From assembly GCF_024521635.1 (NCBI RefSeq), contig NW_026250450.1, positions 1 to 64,000 on the forward strand: a DNA stretch of 64,000 nt, written 5' to 3'. A program made the position numbers and the translations under genes. Below the pieces are notes generated by a model. It searched no databases. It saw nothing but the letters and a program-made list of their open reading frames with translations, and was not told the origin of the DNA. Positions within the stretch are counted from its first letter, which is position 1; each line of letters starts with the position of its first letter. The DNA comes from Tricharina praecox (Eukaryota). Of the stretch, positions 61,873 to 64,000 are shown in pieces.

Positions 61873-62189
61873 TTTCCTCCCTGGCCTTGAAGTTGATATC
61901 ACCTATGTAAGCAACGTCTGACCACGGCACGGCGAGTGATACTCTGATATATTCCGCCAGTCCGCCAGTATGTACCTATGTCGAGTACTGACAACCCGGC
62001 CCCTACCTTTCCATGCCACTCCTCCGGTCCCGGCGATCGCATCATGGCTTGAGGGCGCGTTCATAGCTCGGGACTCGGTAGAAGCCCACGCTTGATCCTC
62101 GACGCGAAATTTGCACCAGCCAAAAATCTTTCACTGCCGGCGGGCGTGACAGGCTGTGTGATAAGATCGATTGCCTCGATGGTGGCGAG

Positions 62190-62488
62190 CAGGCCTGGGA
62201 ATAGTCCGTCCGGACAGAAGACTATTGGGGCCCGGCGGCGCCGTCCCGTCCGGGGCGAGAATTTGGCTGGACGAGTCGGGTTCCGTCCCAGGTCCAAAAA
62301 GCCCGGGGCCCGGAAATATTGAGTGCGGAAGCGGCTGGCTACTACGTGTAATATCCGGCCCCGAATGGGGCCCCAGTCGTCCTCCGGCTTGCCCGGAGCC
62401 CTATAGCCCTTCATATTCTGGGCCCGACAAATTACGTCTTGTCCGGAGCTATGCCTCGGACGGACGGGACGGACGATTCCCAGGCCTG
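62190..62488. mobile_element. 299-bp non-autonomous hAT-type MITE
   Basis: 22-bp TIRs CAGGCCTGGGAAT(A/C)GTCCGTCC with one mismatch; perfect 8-bp TSD GTGGCGAG at 62182-62189 and 62489-62496; internal GGGCCC/GTCCGG motifs. Confidence 0.93.
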
Positions 62489-62954
62489 GTGGCGAGTGCC
62501 CAGCTTGCGAGTGCCTAGAGGTGAGAGTCTTGCGAGAAGGAGGGGGGGGGGGGTTTATCTCTCACAGGATCGAAGTAGGAGAATCCACGCGCACCCACGG
62601 ATCAGTGGCAGTGTGGACTTCCAACGGGAAAGATTTGAGCGACCAAAGGATTCATCATTCATTCGTGAATGTAAATTTGAACGAGTGGTGCCGGTGGAAT
62701 GGCCACTGCGAAATGGATCATGGATCATCGACGTTCCTTCGTGTCACTTTAGTAGGCGAGAGAGGACGAGAACCGGCTGGCCAATTCATTGCATTTTATC
62801 TAACGTCATTTCATCCAAGTGCATCCCAACACTGCCAAATCCTCCGTTCCACCACCCGTTCCACCTACTCGCACTGCACCAGTATCAGCCTCGCCTTCAC
62901 CACCGCCTCCAGCTCATTCCAGCGAACCCAATTGTGGCCACCTACCTTTTCCCT

Positions 62955-63140
62955 TCAAACCAAAGGAAAGAACCTAGCATAATGCCAGTAGAGGCTCCAG
63001 ATGAAGTACAGCGCGGACAGGAGCATGATGGCGACCTGGAGGGCCGTGCCCGGGTTTTCCTGGACGTAGCATATCGCCTCCGGCAGCGTCGGCAGGAACA
63101 AGAACATGTAGATCAGCACGTACATGTGGATGTTCCACAT
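62955..63140 (-). CDS. Putative 61-aa two-helix membrane microprotein
   Basis: MWNIHMYVLIYMFLFLPTLPEAICYVQENPGTALQVAIMLLSALYFIWSLYWHYARFFPLV; C/G-ending codons; CT- then CA-rich leader with A at -3. Confidence 0.45.
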   Translation of the reverse strand: MWNIHMYVLIYMFLFLPTLPEAICYVQENPGTALQVAIMLLSALYFIWSLYWHYARFFPLV

Positions 63141-64000
63141 CGTGGTTTTGGTCGTGGTGTTGTTGGGGGTGGAGGGGGTGGTGGTGGAGGTGGGGTTGGG
63201 GTCGGGTGCGAGTGGATAGGGTGGGGTGGGTGGAGAGGAAGTGGGTGAGGGTGTGGGAAGAGGAGGGGAAGGTGGAGGGAGAGGTAGTGAGGTGGAAAGA
63301 GGAGCGCGTCCACCCCACCTCGATAGCAACACTCGCAGGCGCAGCGAAAAGGAAATCGACCGCTTCGACAACCACGCTCTGAAAATTTTCGAAATTCACC
63401 AGGAGGGAACGCTTTACCATCGATATCCGCACATATTACCACGGAACATCCCCAGAAGCCAACTTGAACCAAGAGAATGAGGAGGAAGAGGAGGAAGAGG
63501 AGGAAGAGGAGGAGACTCGAGAGTTCACGTCACGGTCCCCGGCCCTAATCGGTACCGATTAAACTGAAGACGGCGGCTTCCTCTAAGAGTCTACGAGCCT
63601 CCGGCATGGCCACAGTGACCAGTGAGCACACGCAAAGTACGCAGGATATCGGAGATTTGGAGGTAGGGGTTGTGACGACGTCGTAGGACATGGGATCACT
63701 CGTCCCCGACTTTTCAGCCGTGGAATCCAGTTCCGACCCAGTCCCCCGTCGCTTGCCTACCCAGAGGCTGAAGCACGGCATCGAGTGCTAGTAGAGGTCA
63801 CGGTATGAGCTGAAGTAGGAGTCCCCTGCCGGCATATTCGGATACCTTGTGGGAGCCAGACGGGTTCCAGCCATGGCCCCCAGCGCCTGCCCTCGATTCT
63901 TCCCGCCGTGCGTCGGCACTGCCGCACCGACGAACGCCTCCAGTGGACGAAGTATTGCTATAAGACCAGACCCAGGAGCACCTCTTCGAATGGTACCGCG

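Overview
Eukaryotic DNA from a filamentous ascomycete. The evidence is short GT-AG introns with CTRAC branch sites, an intron-containing tRNA and fungal gene families; Pezizales is a guess from the style of the LINE relics. The window is gene-poor, repeat-rich and accessory-like. Apparently intact genes: two tandem paralogous secreted Kex2-type precursors with a conserved leader but unrelated cargo (14563-15202, 17381-18152; neither is called correctly by the ORF track because of introns), a cytosolic GH18 ENGase/CTS3-type hydrolase, tRNA-Ser(GCT), a LaeA-like methyltransferase, a 6-Cys small secreted protein, an FLC/TRP-like membrane protein, and two possible membrane microproteins. Relics: a frameshifted paralog of the 6-Cys protein, a P450 pseudogene, class II HDAC exons interleaved with a triplicated intron-exon module, and several unrecognised multi-intron relics. 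Mobile DNA: a full-length but dead Ty1/copia element (145-bp LTRs, 5-bp TSD, half-tRNA-type PBS) inserted in a degenerate tandem array, an internally deleted sister copy, two non-LTR 3' fragments, and a 299-bp hAT-type MITE with an 8-bp TSD. The best candidate for a new system is the constant-leader/variable-cargo secreted peptide precursor pair. All family assignments come from motif recognition by eye; no database search was run.
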